Source of the DNA: Mobula hypostoma
Taxonomy: Eukaryota
DNA length: 64,000 bases
Direction of reading: 5' to 3'
NCBI RefSeq assembly: GCF_963921235.1
Contig: NC_086107.1
Coordinates: forward strand, 109,370,001-109,434,000
Shown here: positions 37,260 through 50,332 of the stretch, piece after piece
Layout of the letters: each line of letters starts with the position of its first letter
How positions within the stretch are numbered: position 1 is the first letter of the stretch
Program-made: the position numbers and the translations under genes
The notes under the pieces: model-generated
The model's database searches: none
Told to the model about the DNA's origin: nothing
What the model saw: the letters and a program-made list of their open reading frames with translations, nothing else

Positions 37260-40200
37260 TTGAGAAAATGAGTTGTAGGTTCCTTGAAAGTGAGTCCATA
37301 GGTTGTGGGATCAGTTCAGCATTGAGGTAGTGAAGTTATCCACACTGGTTCAGGAGAGCAGTAACTGTTCTTGAACCTGGTGGTGTGGGGGCTAAGGTTC
37401 CCATACCACTTGCCCGATGGTAGCAGCGAGAAGAGGGCATGGCCTAGATGGTGGAGATCCTTGATTATGGATGCTGCTCTCCAATGGCAGCACTCCTTGT
37501 AAATCTGCTTAGAGATGGGGAGGGATTTGCCTGTGATAGACTGGGCTGTGTCCATCGCTTTTTGCAAACCTTTCTGATCCTGGGCGTTGGTGTTTCCATA
37601 CCAGGCCATGATGCAGTCTGTCAAGATGCTCACCACCATGCATCTATAGAAGTTTGTCAGAGTTTTAGATGACGTGCTAAATAATCTAAAATGCTATTAG
37701 AAATTTGCTTGATGTCAAAATTCCTTTATTTTGGATGTGATGTGATGTTAAATTAGACTAGTACTTTCCCCTAGACTACGTGCAAGAATCTTGCACCATA
37801 TTTCAACCAATAATTATTGATCAAAACTCGAAAGATATGGCAGACAGCTCATTAATCTCACAGTGGGACTTCAGCTATGATTCAACAGCTACCACTTTGT
37901 TTTAATGATGTGGAAGATAAGTGAGTTCTTATTTTGGATATCAGGAAGTAGCAATTGTCTTCAATTGCTGCTGAACCAGCACAGGGAGCGAAGTTGTTTC
38001 CAACTACACAACTTTGTGAATCTGAACACATCGAATTGGAACTCGGGATAATGGTACAAATCCTGATTAAAATGGGAACTTTTGAAGTGGAAAGTAACAA
38101 AATCTGCAGATTTCCTCTTGTTTGAAATTAATGCTTGCATGGCTAGCCTATTTGATTATTACAGATTGTATCTTAAAAGGGTTGTATAAAGTCAAGCACT
38201 TACAAAATTAAAATGTCCATGTTCAGTAGTTTTTTTTATTGCTGAGAATTGATTTTTTTTGGTGTGGGGGGAGTTCATAATTCCTCAGTGTATACACCAC
38301 TGCACAAGGGACATAAACTCAGTGAGCATTGCTGCTACCTTTGACTAACTTGCCTCAGAATGCACTGTGTGAAATTTTTTAACTTTGACCAGCCTCATCT
38401 CTGCTTACACATTCTAGTCTTTCAGAGAAGATTCCATTATTCTGCATTGTCGTCTTTTGCAATATTATTTATCTGTATCTTTTAAAATAGCAGGATTTTC
38501 TGAGCTAGTTTGGTTAAGCCACTGCCATCAACATTGTAAACACCAGAGATTCTGCAGATGCTGGAAATCCAGAGTAACAATAAAATGATGGAGGAACTCA
38601 TCAGGTAAAGCAGCATCTGTGGAAATGAATAACGTCGACATTTCGGGCCAAGACTCTTCATCAAGATTCAAGAAGGGTCCTTAAAAGTCTCAGCCTGAAA
38701 TATTGACTCTTTATTCCTTTCCACAGATGCTACCTGACTCTAGCATTTTGCGTGTGTCATCAACATTGTTCCCTCCTTTCCATTGTTTCCAGGAATCTGT
38801 TCTTTGCAATTTACTTAAGACTTCTGCTTCTCATGCCACGAAGTCTTGTAGTTGTTGGTATTGAGCTGACTGAGGGTGTAAACCCACTTCTCCTGGGCCC
38901 ACACATCCATCAATAATTGTCAGTCATCTTAACCCTGTTGAGTGGGATACAGGTCACCAGACCTTCTAAAGTTAAGGTGACACTTTCAGGTTCAATACTT
39001 ACTAACTCATGCTAAAGCCAAATTCCCCTGCACTTTGCTTTTGTCAAGCAAGAATTGCTAAACAAGACCAGTTCCTTAGTATACGCTCACTGGCCACTTC
39101 ATTAATTGCAGGAGGTGCTTAATAAAGTGGTCACCTGGTGTATGTTCATGATCTTGTGTTACTATAGCCCATCCACTTCAAGGTTTGATGTGTTGTGCAT
39201 TCAGAGCTGCTCTTCTGCACACCACTGTTGGAACACATGTTTAACTGACATCTTCTTGTCAGCTTAAACCAGCATGGCCATTCTCTTCTGGCCTCTCTCA
39301 TTAACAAGCTGTTTTCACCCACCGAACTGTTATTCCCTGGATTTTTTTTTTCTATTTTTCACGCTTTCTCTGTAAACTCTAGAGACTGTTGTGTGTGAAA
39401 ATCCCAGGAGATCAGCAGCAGTTTGAGATACTCAAACCACCCCATCTGGCACCAACAATCATTTCACAGTCAAAGTCATTTGGATCACGTTTCTTCCCAA
39501 TTCTGATGTCTGGTCTGAATAACAACTGAACCTCTTGAACATGTCTGCATGCTTTTATGCATTGAGTTGCTGCCACGTGATTAGCTCAGTAGAAATTTAC
39601 ATTAACGAGCAGGTAGACCTAATAAAGTGGCTACTGAGTGTATTTCAGAATATGAAGCAAGCAAGATCTATGAGAAAATTTGGGGGACAATATGTAAGAT
39701 AAACCTTGCAATTAAGCAATCAGTACCATGTTTATAAGAGTTTTATCATTTGGTAAGGGCAGGATTAGATTAGAACATAAAAAAGTGAAAGCTTAAACAT
39801 AAAACATCCTGTTGAAATTATTCTGAGGTTATCTTGTGGGTTTGGTTCAGTGAACAACGGAGCTCAATGCCATTAGCAAACTTTGTCTTTGTGTGCTTAA
39901 CATTTGGGTCGGTTTCAGCTTCATCTCGACGCAGTGCACCTTGGCAGGATGAGGTCACAGGATGAACATGGCTTTTGGATTCATTGTCCCCGGATTCTGC
40001 ATGGCACATATACAAAACAAGCATATTATCAAGGGTGAAACCATGTAAATTTCCTGATTCTGGAATCAGGGCTCATATTTAACAGTAGAAGGTTTGCCTG
40101 CACAGGCAAAAGTAGTGGAAATGAGGTGGATAATTACCAATAAAATAGCAATGTGAAAAAGCCATATAGAAGGGCAACTTTCCATTGTTTTTGTGACCGA

Positions 40201-42350
40201 TAACTAGTTTTCCTTTATTCAAAAGGGGAAAAATAGTTACATTCTCCTGCTTAGAGTCCCTTCCAACCTCAGCAATTGACTTTTATAAACTGCTGTGGGC
40301 TCTGTGGCAATTCTACTCCACAGTGATAGGCTGAGGCTGTGGGCCTGCTCTGGGTTTTGTCTATGGACTCGCTTTCAATCTAAATGCAATTTGCTTTTAT
40401 TGTTTGCACGATTTGTTTTTTCCCTCTCTCCCTGCACATTAGGTGCTTGTGGCTATTTTTATGGGTGCTTTTGAGTTTCTTGCTTTTGTGGCTGCCCGTA
40501 AGGAAATGAATCTCAAGGCTGGGGAGTAGGACTGAGGACAAGAAAAAAGGATCAGCCATGATTGAATGGCGGAGCAGTCATGACAGGCCAAGTGGCCTAA
40601 CTCTGCTCCTATTTTTTATGGTCCTGTGTAAACCCACTTCAAAATCAATCTAACCCTTCTGTCTAACCCTTTTTTCTCTTCATCATTCATGTGCCTACCT
40701 AAGAGGTTCTGAAATGCCCTTGATGTATCTGCCTGTACCACCACCCCTGGCAGAATGTTCCACGCACCTATCATTCTCTGTGCAAAGAACTTCCCTTTGA
40801 CATCACCCTTATGTTTCCCTCTAATCACCTTAAAATTACGTCCCTTGTATTAGCCGTTTCCTCGAGAAGAAATCTCTGTCTATCCACTCAGTCTATGCCT
40901 CTTGTCTTGTATGCCTTTTATCTTTTACACCTCTATCAAGTCATCCCTCTTCCTCCTCCATTCTAAAGAGAAAAGCCCTGACTCGCTCAACCTGTCTTCA
41001 ATAGAAATGCCCCCTAGTCTGGGCAGTATCCTGGTAACCTCCTGTGCATCCTCTCTAAAGCTTCCACATCCTTCCTATAATGAGTTGACCAGAACGGAAC
41101 ACAATATTCCAAGTGTGGTCTAGCCAGAGTTTTATACAGCTGCAACGTTACCTCACTGCTGTTGAACTCAATCCCCGACTAATGAAGGCCAATGTACCAT
41201 ACGCCGTCTTGCACCCTATCAACTTGTGTGGCAACTTTGAGAGGTTAGAAAACGTGGGTAAAGTGAATGGGGTGGATGGTAGATATTATTGGATAACGTG
41301 AGTGAAGTGAGGTGAGGTCGATGGTGAGTGTTATTGGAAAGCTTGGGTGAAGAGACCCAAAGAAGATAAGAGGGTTCAACAGGATGTTCTGCCTGGTAGT
41401 AAATTTGTATCATTACTGTTAATTATTTGTGTTTCTCCCCCTGAGCATTTGTCTGTGAGACTGAGAGATTGAGATTGCTAAATTTGTGGTGCAGTTATTT
41501 CTCAAATCAAAGCAAATGTGACACAATGTCAACAGATCGTTAAACCTTTAAGAATTGCTAAACAAGCATTAGTCCTTTGTGGGTACTTTATAACTGTACT
41601 TGGTTTTCTTTAACAAGCTGAGTTATCCACTGCTTCACTTAAATGTTGAAATCTTTTGGGATGGCCCTGCATATACCTATAATCGAACATGTATCTGTTT
41701 AACATTGCATGATTAGCTTCAAAGATTGAATTGACTTTTTGTGTAATGTATAAAGACTGTAGCATCCTAGTGCTTTAGTCATAAGGCCTTAAGATATAGG
41801 AGCAGTATTAGGCAGTTTGCTCTGCCATTTGATCATGACTGATTTACTATCCCTCTCAGACGCATACTCCTGTCATGTAACCTTTAATGCCCTTATTAAT
41901 CAAGAACCTATCATCCTCATCATTTTAAATATACCCAATGACTTGGCCTCCATAGCCATGTGTGACAATTAATTCCACAGAATCATCACGCTCTGGCTGA
42001 ACAAATTCCTCCTCATCCCTTTTCTAAATAGACATCCTTCTATTCTGAGGCTGTGACAATAACATTGAAGCATAAACATTATTACCTTTATGAAGCATGA
42101 GCGTATTATACTCAGAATATTAAATTGTTTTAAATATTTATGGTCACTATAAATGGGCAGAAGATGTTGCCACATTTCAACAGTAAGAAAAAAGATCTTT
42201 TTTATTTTGCAGTATGACTGAATATTGACATTTTATGCCATACGTGTGGAATTTCCTGAAGTTTGAACCTGAGGAAATCTTGAATTGTGTGACATGTCAT
42301 CCTATCTACTTGATCAAAGCTAATGATTTTTTTCCCCTTAACCCTTCTAG

Positions 42351-42433
42351 GAAAACGGGGTCACAAGGGGAGGGCAAAGCAGTTTACAAACCCAGATGAG
42401 ATCGACGCTCAGATGAAAGCAGAGAAAGAAAAG
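42351..42433 (+). CDS. PDAP1: PDAP1-like exon 2
   Basis: Acceptor cccttctag|GA. Translates [28 protein letters not shown] (human [28 protein letters not shown]). Donor is AAG|gcaagt (GC). Confidence 0.93.
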
Positions 42434-42878
42434 GCAAGTAACAGTGGTATTATATCATCCTGCACGTCAGTCTTCACAACTCTTACACAGCACTTTTCAC
42501 CCAGTAAAATATCTTGAGTGCTTCAGAGCACATGTTCATTTTGTTCCATGGGCGATCATAGTCTTTCTATGATCATGATTGTTCTCGGCAAAATTTTTCT
42601 ACAGGAGTTGTTTGCCTTTGCCATTTCTGGGCAGTGTCTTCATAAGGTGGGTGACCCCAGCCATTATAATTGCTCTTCAGAGATTGTCTGCCTGGTGTCA
42701 ATGGGTGCACAACCCAGGACTTGTGATATGCACTAGCTGCTCGTATGATCTGCTCCCATGGCTTCATGTGACCCTGATTGGCTGGGGTGGGGGGGGGGTG
42801 CTGAGCAGGTGCTACGCCTTGTCCTAGGGTGATCTGCAGAGGGAAGGAGGGCTTTACACCTCCTTTGATAGAGACGTA

Positions 42879-44371
42879 CAGTTGCAAGAAAAAGTTTGTG
42901 AACCCTTTGCAATAACCTGTTTTTTTTTGCATTAATTACTCATAAGATGTGGTCTATCTTCAACTAAGTCACAAGAATAAACGAACACAATCTGCCTGAA
43001 CTAATAACACACAAACTAATGTACTTTACATGTCTTTATTGAATACATTGTTTAATCATTCAGTCCAAATTGGAAAAAGTATGTCAGACTGGCACACCGG
43101 CAAGGAGGAATTTTACACCATTCCTCCATACAAAACTGTTTCGGTTCATCAATATTTCTGGGATACCTTGCATGAATAGCCCTCTTTGGGTCATGCCACA
43201 GCATCTCAATTGGGTTGTCTGGACTCTGCCTTGACTATTCCAAAACACGATTTTTCTTTGTTTTAAACCATTTCGTTGATTTACTCTTGGGTTTTGGATC
43301 ATTGTCTTGTTGCATTATCCAACTTCTATCAAGCTTTAGGTGATGGACTGCTACCCTGACTTTCTCCTGTAAAACGTCTTGATACAATTTTGAATTCATT
43401 GTTCCCTCTATGATTGCAAGTTGTCCAGGTCCTGTTGCAGCAAAGCAGCCCCAAACCATGATGCTCCTTCCACCATGCTTCACAGTCGGGATGAGGTTTT
43501 GGTGTTGCTGTACAATGCCTTTTTTCCTCCAAATATAATGGTGTGCCTTTCTGCCAAAAAGCTCAATTTTTGTCTCGTCTGTCCACAGAACATTGTTCCA
43601 GAAGTGTTATGAAACATCCTGGTGGTCTTTTTCAAACTTTAGGCATGTAGCAATGTTTCTTTGAAGAGCAGTGGTTTCCTCTGTGGTGTCCTTCCATGAG
43701 CACCATTCTTCTTCAGTACTCTTATAGTGGACACACGAACAGGGACTGTAGCAGGTTCTAGAGATTTCTGCAGGACTTTTGCTGTTACTCTTGGGTTCTT
43801 TTTCACCTCGTTCAGCATTGCACATTGTGTTCTTGGTGCGATCTTTGCAGGACACCCACTGCCAGGGAGAGTAGCAACAGTATTGTTTCCTTCATTTGTC
43901 GGGAGTTTCTTTTTCTGTGGACTGATGAATACTCGGGTCTTTAAAAATGCTTTTGTAGCCTTTTCCAGCTTTATGCATTTCTAATTCTTGTAAGGTCCTC
44001 TGAAAGTTGTTTTGATTGAGGTATGGTGCACATAAACAGATTTTTCTTGAGAAGAGTAGGCTCTGTCAGTAACCTGACTTTGTGTATCTTTTTTATAGAG
44101 CAGGGCACCTCCACAACCCACACCTCCAATCTCGTACACCTGACTCCAAATGGCTTTTGTAGAAGGTATTACCCCAAAGGTTCACGTACTTGTTTTGAAC
44201 CTGGACTGTGATTGTTTAAATGGTGTGCTCAGTATTGATGAGAAGAAGTACAGTTGCTTCTGTGTTATTTGTTTAGACAGATTGTTTGTCTATTATTGTG
44301 ACTTGGATGAAGATCAGGCCGCATTTTATGAGTAATTAGCAAGGGGTTCACAAACTTTTTTCTTGCAACTG
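42879..44371 (-). mobile_element. Tc1-family transposon with both ends and a decayed transposase
   Basis: TA TSDs at 42877-42878 and 44372-44373. TIRs start cagttgcaagaaaaagtttgtgaaccc and extend imperfectly for about 200 bp. Motifs KHGGRSIMVWGCF and QQDNDPK, with stops and frameshifts. Confidence 0.95.
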
Positions 44372-45728
44372 TATCTCTACCCTGCCACCCCATGAGCACA
44401 TGAGTGGCAACAAATAAAGTTTAGCACGAGGCCAAGTTAGAAATTGCAACAAATAACTGGCAGTAATTTTCAAAAGAGAGGGGATGGAAATCTTTATGTA
44501 AATTCAAACCTCCTTTTTCCCCAGGGTTCAAACATCAGATGTCAGAGGGCATGCATTTAAGGTGAGAGGGGAAAATTTCAAAGGAGATGTGACGGGCAAG
44601 TTTTTTTTTTAAACAGAGTGTTGGGTGCCTGGAATGCACAGCCTGGAGTTGTGATGGAGGCATATACATTAGGAACTTTTAAGAGCCTTCTAGAAAGACA
44701 CACAGATGTGAGGGAAATGGAAGGATATGGACGGGAGATTAGTTTAGTTGGCTATTCAATTACTAATTTAATTGGTTCAACACAATGTGGTCTGAAGGGC
44801 CTGTTCCTGTGCTGTACTCCTCTATGTTCCCTGAAGTTCAGGGGAGCACGGTAAAAATGTTTGCTATTTTTTTCAAGGCTGGTGCAGTGAGTTGCGTGCA
44901 GAAGGTAGAGAGGATGAGGGAAGAGACTGTTGTGCAAAGCGAGGGGGATATGTTGTTTGGTACTGGTCTTTGTTTCCTGGAACCTGGTTTTGGAAACTTA
45001 GCCATGGATGGTCCAAAGCCTGGCTCTGAAAGGAGGAGGTTTGGGCATGGGGCTAGCAACCCCATCCTGGAAAAAAACCGGACTTACAGGAATGCCACAA
45101 CAGAGGTTCCAAAGACCTCATCCCTTGGAGAGGAAGGATCTTCATCTAAAAGATTAAAATCACATGGTGAAAGCAGAAGCCACAGGCAAATCAACATTCA
45201 GCCCAGGACAGAGGACTCTGATGAGCTGCTGTTGGCAGCTTATGCCATAGTAGGCGTGGTGGGCTTAAGAAGAAGGAGTTGCCCTGTTTTCAAATCTATT
45301 TCAAATATTTGAAGCAAAGCTTTTTTCCACCTGGCTCACTGTGCATGCACATTCTGCATGTAGGGTTACATTTTGAATCTGGCACAGCGATACATTTGGA
45401 TAGAGGAAAATTACCCAGAGTTGCTGTTGCACTGGTCAGAAAATATTTAGTCCATGTCCTTTATAGTCTTGTAATTGATAGCCAAGCAACTTATCTCTGG
45501 GTACTGCAGAACTGCTCAGTTCCTTTCAATAAACCCACTTTTGATCAAAGATGAATGTTTAAATGACTATATAATTATATTGCATCCAGTTTACTACTGG
45601 TATTGGAAATTATTATTTATATGATAATTTATTTGGTAACCAAATGAATTGTCATAAGAAAAAGTGAGTTACTGATTGTATCAATTTATTTCCAAATTAA
45701 AGAGTTTGTCTTCTGATTTTTTTTATAG

Positions 45729-45794
45729 GCCAGAGACCTGCCCGAACATGGAAGCGATAGTGATTCTGACGACAGTAGTGAAGATGACTCTGAG
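45729..45794 (+). CDS. PDAP1: PDAP1-like exon 3 (acidic Ser/Asp tract)
   Basis: Acceptor ttttttttatag|GCC, donor GAG|gtgact; 66 nt, phase 0/0. Translates ARDLPEHGSDSDSDDSSEDDSE. Confidence 0.88.
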
Positions 45795-47320
45795 GTGACT
45801 TTATTTTATTGAGATTCACCGTGGAGTATGCCCTTCCAGCCATACCTACCACACAACAAACCCTGATTTAACCCTAGCCTAATCACAGGGTAGTTTACAA
45901 TGACCAATTATCCCACCAACTGGTATGTCTTTGGGCTGTGGGAGCACCCGGAGGAAACACAAAGAACAAACACACTCCTTACAGGCAGCTGTGGGAAAGC
46001 CAATGTGCTTTCCTGCTTTTTGCCTTTCTGTACAGTAGTAAAGATAGTTCATTAAGGATTTTATTTTTAGAATATCAGTATGTGAGTTCTCCCTTACCAT
46101 GAGCTGCATCAAATTTATCATATTTTAGAACAGTTCAGTTTTAAGATTTTGCTGGCTTCTCCTTCCACCACTCCTGAAGACTTTGAATCTTGCTGAAGAA
46201 TAGCTGCATAGGCTCCAGGCACTCAGCACAGCCCAGTGTTTCATATTTGAACCAGTGGTGACTATCACTGAAGTATGTTTATAGTCCTTGTCTCAGTTGA
46301 TTCTTTCCAGTAAGGGAGTTGGAAACTGGGTTTTCATTTCCCATTTCTCCCCAAATGTGAGCATGGTCTAATGCTCAGTTTTGGGTTGGCTGACTCTTTG
46401 CACTCTTGCAGACAGTATTTTTTGTCCCTGAAGATCTGCTCCATTTTACTTCATATGGTAGAAAGCAAGGAAAAGATCTACATTTCTTCACTTTCTTTCA
46501 CTCACACATTCTTCCTAAAAGTCTACCCACCTATTGACGTCAAAGTACATTTATTATTAAAGAATGTATGAATTGTACAACCTTGAGATTCGTCTGCTTA
46601 CAGGCAGCCACGAAGCAAGAAACCTGAAAGAACCCAAGTATCAGTCCGTTATATTGGCAGGCATGGAGCACGCAGCCGGGAGCAGTTTTCACAGCCTCAG
46701 CACCATAGAGGAGCAAACATCACGGGAGAGCGAACGAAATCAGCTCTTGCCTCTGATCCTGACGCCCTGTCTTTCCAGTATGTCATTTAAGTTGTCCAAA
46801 CAGCTTATCGTACATTGCAGTAGGACCCAGGCAATGCTGCATCGAAAGGCTCCAGGCCCAGACCATGCCTCCCAACCTGAAGCCACTCTCCGAATCAGTT
46901 CTGCGCCCAGAGCAATCCAACCTCACAACCAGTCCAATTGTACAGACTTCGTAACTCCTTTGCTTTTAAAAGCTACTTATTCTTGCATAATAGGAAATTT
47001 AGCATGCAACATGTGTGCAGAAAGCTTCTACGAATAGCTGTGTGATAAATTACCAGTCAATGTATCCTCATAATGTTGACTGCTGCATACATGTCAGAAA
47101 TTGGATACTGGAAATGACTTCCCCATATTTTTGTCATTTTCACATTCACTTAAATTAAGTCTCAATTGCTCACTTAACATCTGATCCAAAAACCTGCTGC
47201 CGACAGACCCACATTTCAGTGCTACACTGGGACTATGCAATTGTCCCTGAATTACTGGAGTTTGATTCATGTCCTGAACTTTTTTGACTCGATTTAAACG
47301 TACACTTATCAAAGTATATA

Positions 47321-47778
47321 CGAGGGGTGATTGATAAGTTTGTGACCTAAGGTAGCAAGAGTCAATTTTAGAAAACCTAGCACATTTATTTTTCAACATA
47401 GTCCCCTCCTACATTTACACACTTAGTCCAGCGGTTGTGGAGCATACGGATCCCTTCTTTGTAGAAGTTGGCGTCTTGGACCTCCAGGAAGTGGTCCACA
47501 GCAGGGGTGATTGATAAGTTCGTGGCCTAGGGTAGAAGGAGATGAGTTATGCAGCTCTCATTACATGCACTTTTGAGTGATTATGCAGCAAGTTTGAAGT
47601 TAATAACTCATCTCCTTCTACCTTAGGCCGGCTTCTACAAAGAAGGGATCCGTATGCTCCACGACCGCTGGACTAAGTGTGTAAATGTAGGAGGGGACTA
47701 TGTTGAAAAATAAATGTGCTAGGTTTTCTAAAATTGACTCCTTCTATCTTGGGCCACGAACTTATCAACCACCCCTCG
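47321..47778. mobile_element. Mariner-derived palindromic MITE
   Basis: TA|cgaggggtgattgataagtt ... aacttatcaaccacccctcg|TA. The ~150-bp arms encode the mariner C-terminus FYKEGIRMLHDRWTKCVNVGGDYVEK*. Confidence 0.92.
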
Positions 47779-50207
47779 TACACAGTATACAATCCTGAGA
47801 TCTGTCTGCAGCCGCAAAACAAAGAAAACTCTGGAGCCCATTCAAGGAAAACCATCAAAACCCTCCCCCATATGCCAAAAAACACAAGTAGCACAATAGC
47901 AACAAAAAAAAAGTGGAAAACACATAAAACAAAAAAATTGAAACAGTCCAGCCAAAATCTGAGGTTAAAAAGCCAAATGAATTTAAATCCCAGTCATGTG
48001 TCAGTATGCAAGTTAAAGTTGGAGGAATGTTAAAAACCACTGGGCCACTTTGAGTCCAACTGATATCTGGGTCAGAAGTTTTGACAGGCAAGTAGTCTGT
48101 GTTACTTAGTAGCCACTTTATTAGGTACACCTGCACGTTCATGCAAATATCTGATCAGCCAATCATATGGCAGCAACTCAATGCATACAAGCATGCAGAC
48201 ATGGTTAAGCAGTTCAGTTCAGACCAAACATAAGAATAGGGAAGATCTAAGTGACTTTGACTGTGGAATGATTTTTGGTGCCAGATGGGGTGGTTTCGGT
48301 ATCTCAGAAATTGATGATCTCCTAGGATGTTTGCACACATTCTCTACAGTTTAGAGAATTGTGCAAAAAAAAAACCAAAAGAAATCTAGTGAGCAGCGGT
48401 TTTGTTGTCAATAATGCCTTGTTAATGAGAGGGGTCAGAGAAAAGTGACCCCACTAGTTCAAGGTGACAGGGACTCAAAAACCCATGAGTTACAATGGTG
48501 GTATGCAGAAGAGCATCTCTGAAAGCACAACACGTCGAAGTGAATGGGCTACAGCAGCAGAAGACCACAAATATATACTCAATGGGCACCTGATATTAGG
48601 TACAGGAGGTACCTAATGAAGTGGCCATCAAGTGTATTGTTCACTTTGTACAGGCAGAGTTCCACACACACCACCAACTTTTCTGTAAACAGCTAACCCC
48701 ATCACACTTGTGTCTATCTAGCTTTAAATTCACTGGTGCTGTTGCTATCAACAAGCTGCACATGGTAGTGTTTCACATTCTATTTTGGTATGTAATTTTA
48801 TTTCTAGTAGAGTATTGTATAACAAGCTGGAGCCCCAGATTCATTCTTCTGCATGCCAGAGTAGGCTTGTAATTCCTGCAGTTGTCACAAGATCTGCATG
48901 CTCTCTCCCTCTAGTCCGAGGGAGACTGACAACTTTCGCTCTTTACAATTTTGCGTTGTGGCACAAACATCTGAGTGCTGTCAATATTCGTTAGCTGATC
49001 ATAACTTGCACCACCGCCCACTTTGATGGAATTTCATAGAGAATATATACAGTACACACCCGGAAATCCTTATTCTTCGCAGCCAACCACGGAACAGAAG
49101 CAAAACCCCAAAGAATGAATGACAGAAAACATTAGAACCCCAAATTCCCGCCACACACTAGCAGCAGCAAAGCATCAACCCTTCCCCCACTTGCTCCAGC
49201 AAAAGCACCACCACACACCATGCAAGCTCCCAGAGACGATGACCTAGAGTCCATCAAAAATGACTGCCTATCCCAACACTTTGACATCTCAGACAGCGAA
49301 GAGGAGAGAGAGAGATCGCCCCTGCAACAGACGAGGGGAGACCAGCAGCTTGCTGCTTTATTGTACAATTAGCAGTGTCGCTGCTAAAGAACACATATGC
49401 AATGTTGGCATTTATTTCGAGGAAAATAGAATGTAAAAGAAAGGAGATAATGATGAGCCTTTATAAGACACTAGTCAGGCTGCACTTGGAGTATTGTCAA
49501 CAGTTTTGCACCCCATATCTCAAAGGATGTGTTGTCATTGGAGAGAGAGGCCAAAAGAGGTTCACAAGGATAATTCTGGGAGTGAAGCGGTTAACATGAG
49601 GAGCATTTGGCAACTTTGGGCCTGTACTCACTTACATTTAGAAGACTGCGGGAGGATCTCACTGAAACCTACTGAACACTGAAAGGACTAGGTAGGGTGG
49701 ATGTGGAGAGGATGTTTCCTATGGTGGGAGTATCCAGAACTAGAGGGCACAGCCTCAGTATTGAGGGGGGACCTTTTAGAACAGAGGTGAAGAGGAATTT
49801 TTTAGCCAGAGAGTGGTAAATTTGTAGAATGCTTTGCCACACAGCCTGCAGTGGAGGCCACGTGCGTGGGTATACATAAGGCAGAAGTTGATTGTTTCCT
49901 GATAGGTCAGGGCATCAAAGGATATGGCGAGAAGGCAGGTGTATAGGATTGAGTGGCATCTGGGATCAGCCATGGTGTAGTGACGGAGCAGACTCGATGG
50001 GCTGAATGGCCTAATTCTGCTTCTATGACTTATTCAACTTACCCCGACTTTCACTTACCATCGTGAGAGAGAGAGACATAGCTCAAGAGCAGGGGTCTTT
50101 CAACAGTAGTGGACACAACCTGCATATTGTCTTGGGATGGTAAGATAAATGGTTCCTGTACTAGGTTTGATGAAATGGTTAAGATTTGAATTTTATTTCA
50201 ATTTCAG

Positions 50208-50332
50208 CCCAAGAAGAAAGGAGTGGAAGGTTTAATAGAAATTGAGAACCCCAACAGAATAGTACAGAAAAACAAGAAAATAACTGAAGTGGATCTCAAT
50301 CCCCGAAACCGCGAGCTCTCCAGGCGAGAAAG
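50208..50332 (+). CDS. PDAP1: PDAP1-like exon 4 (PP28 domain start)
   Basis: Acceptor atttcag|CCC, donor AG|gtgaga. Translates [41 protein letters not shown], with the hallmark KGVEGLI.IENPNR. Confidence 0.96.

Noticed and set aside
39818..40024. Exon-like minus-strand ORF in PDAP1 intron 1
   Set aside because: Short, weak acceptor, no partner exons and no recognisable homology.
42800..42876. Second possible HDV-like fold in the RTE-related SINE (GGGTGGC/GTCACCC pairing)
   Set aside because: P1 and P4 can be drawn, but P2 and the P3 loop are inconsistent among the three copies.
44785..47037. 175-aa and 157-aa plus-strand ORFs in PDAP1 introns
   Set aside because: They run across unrelated repeat fragments and lack a coherent domain or splice signals.
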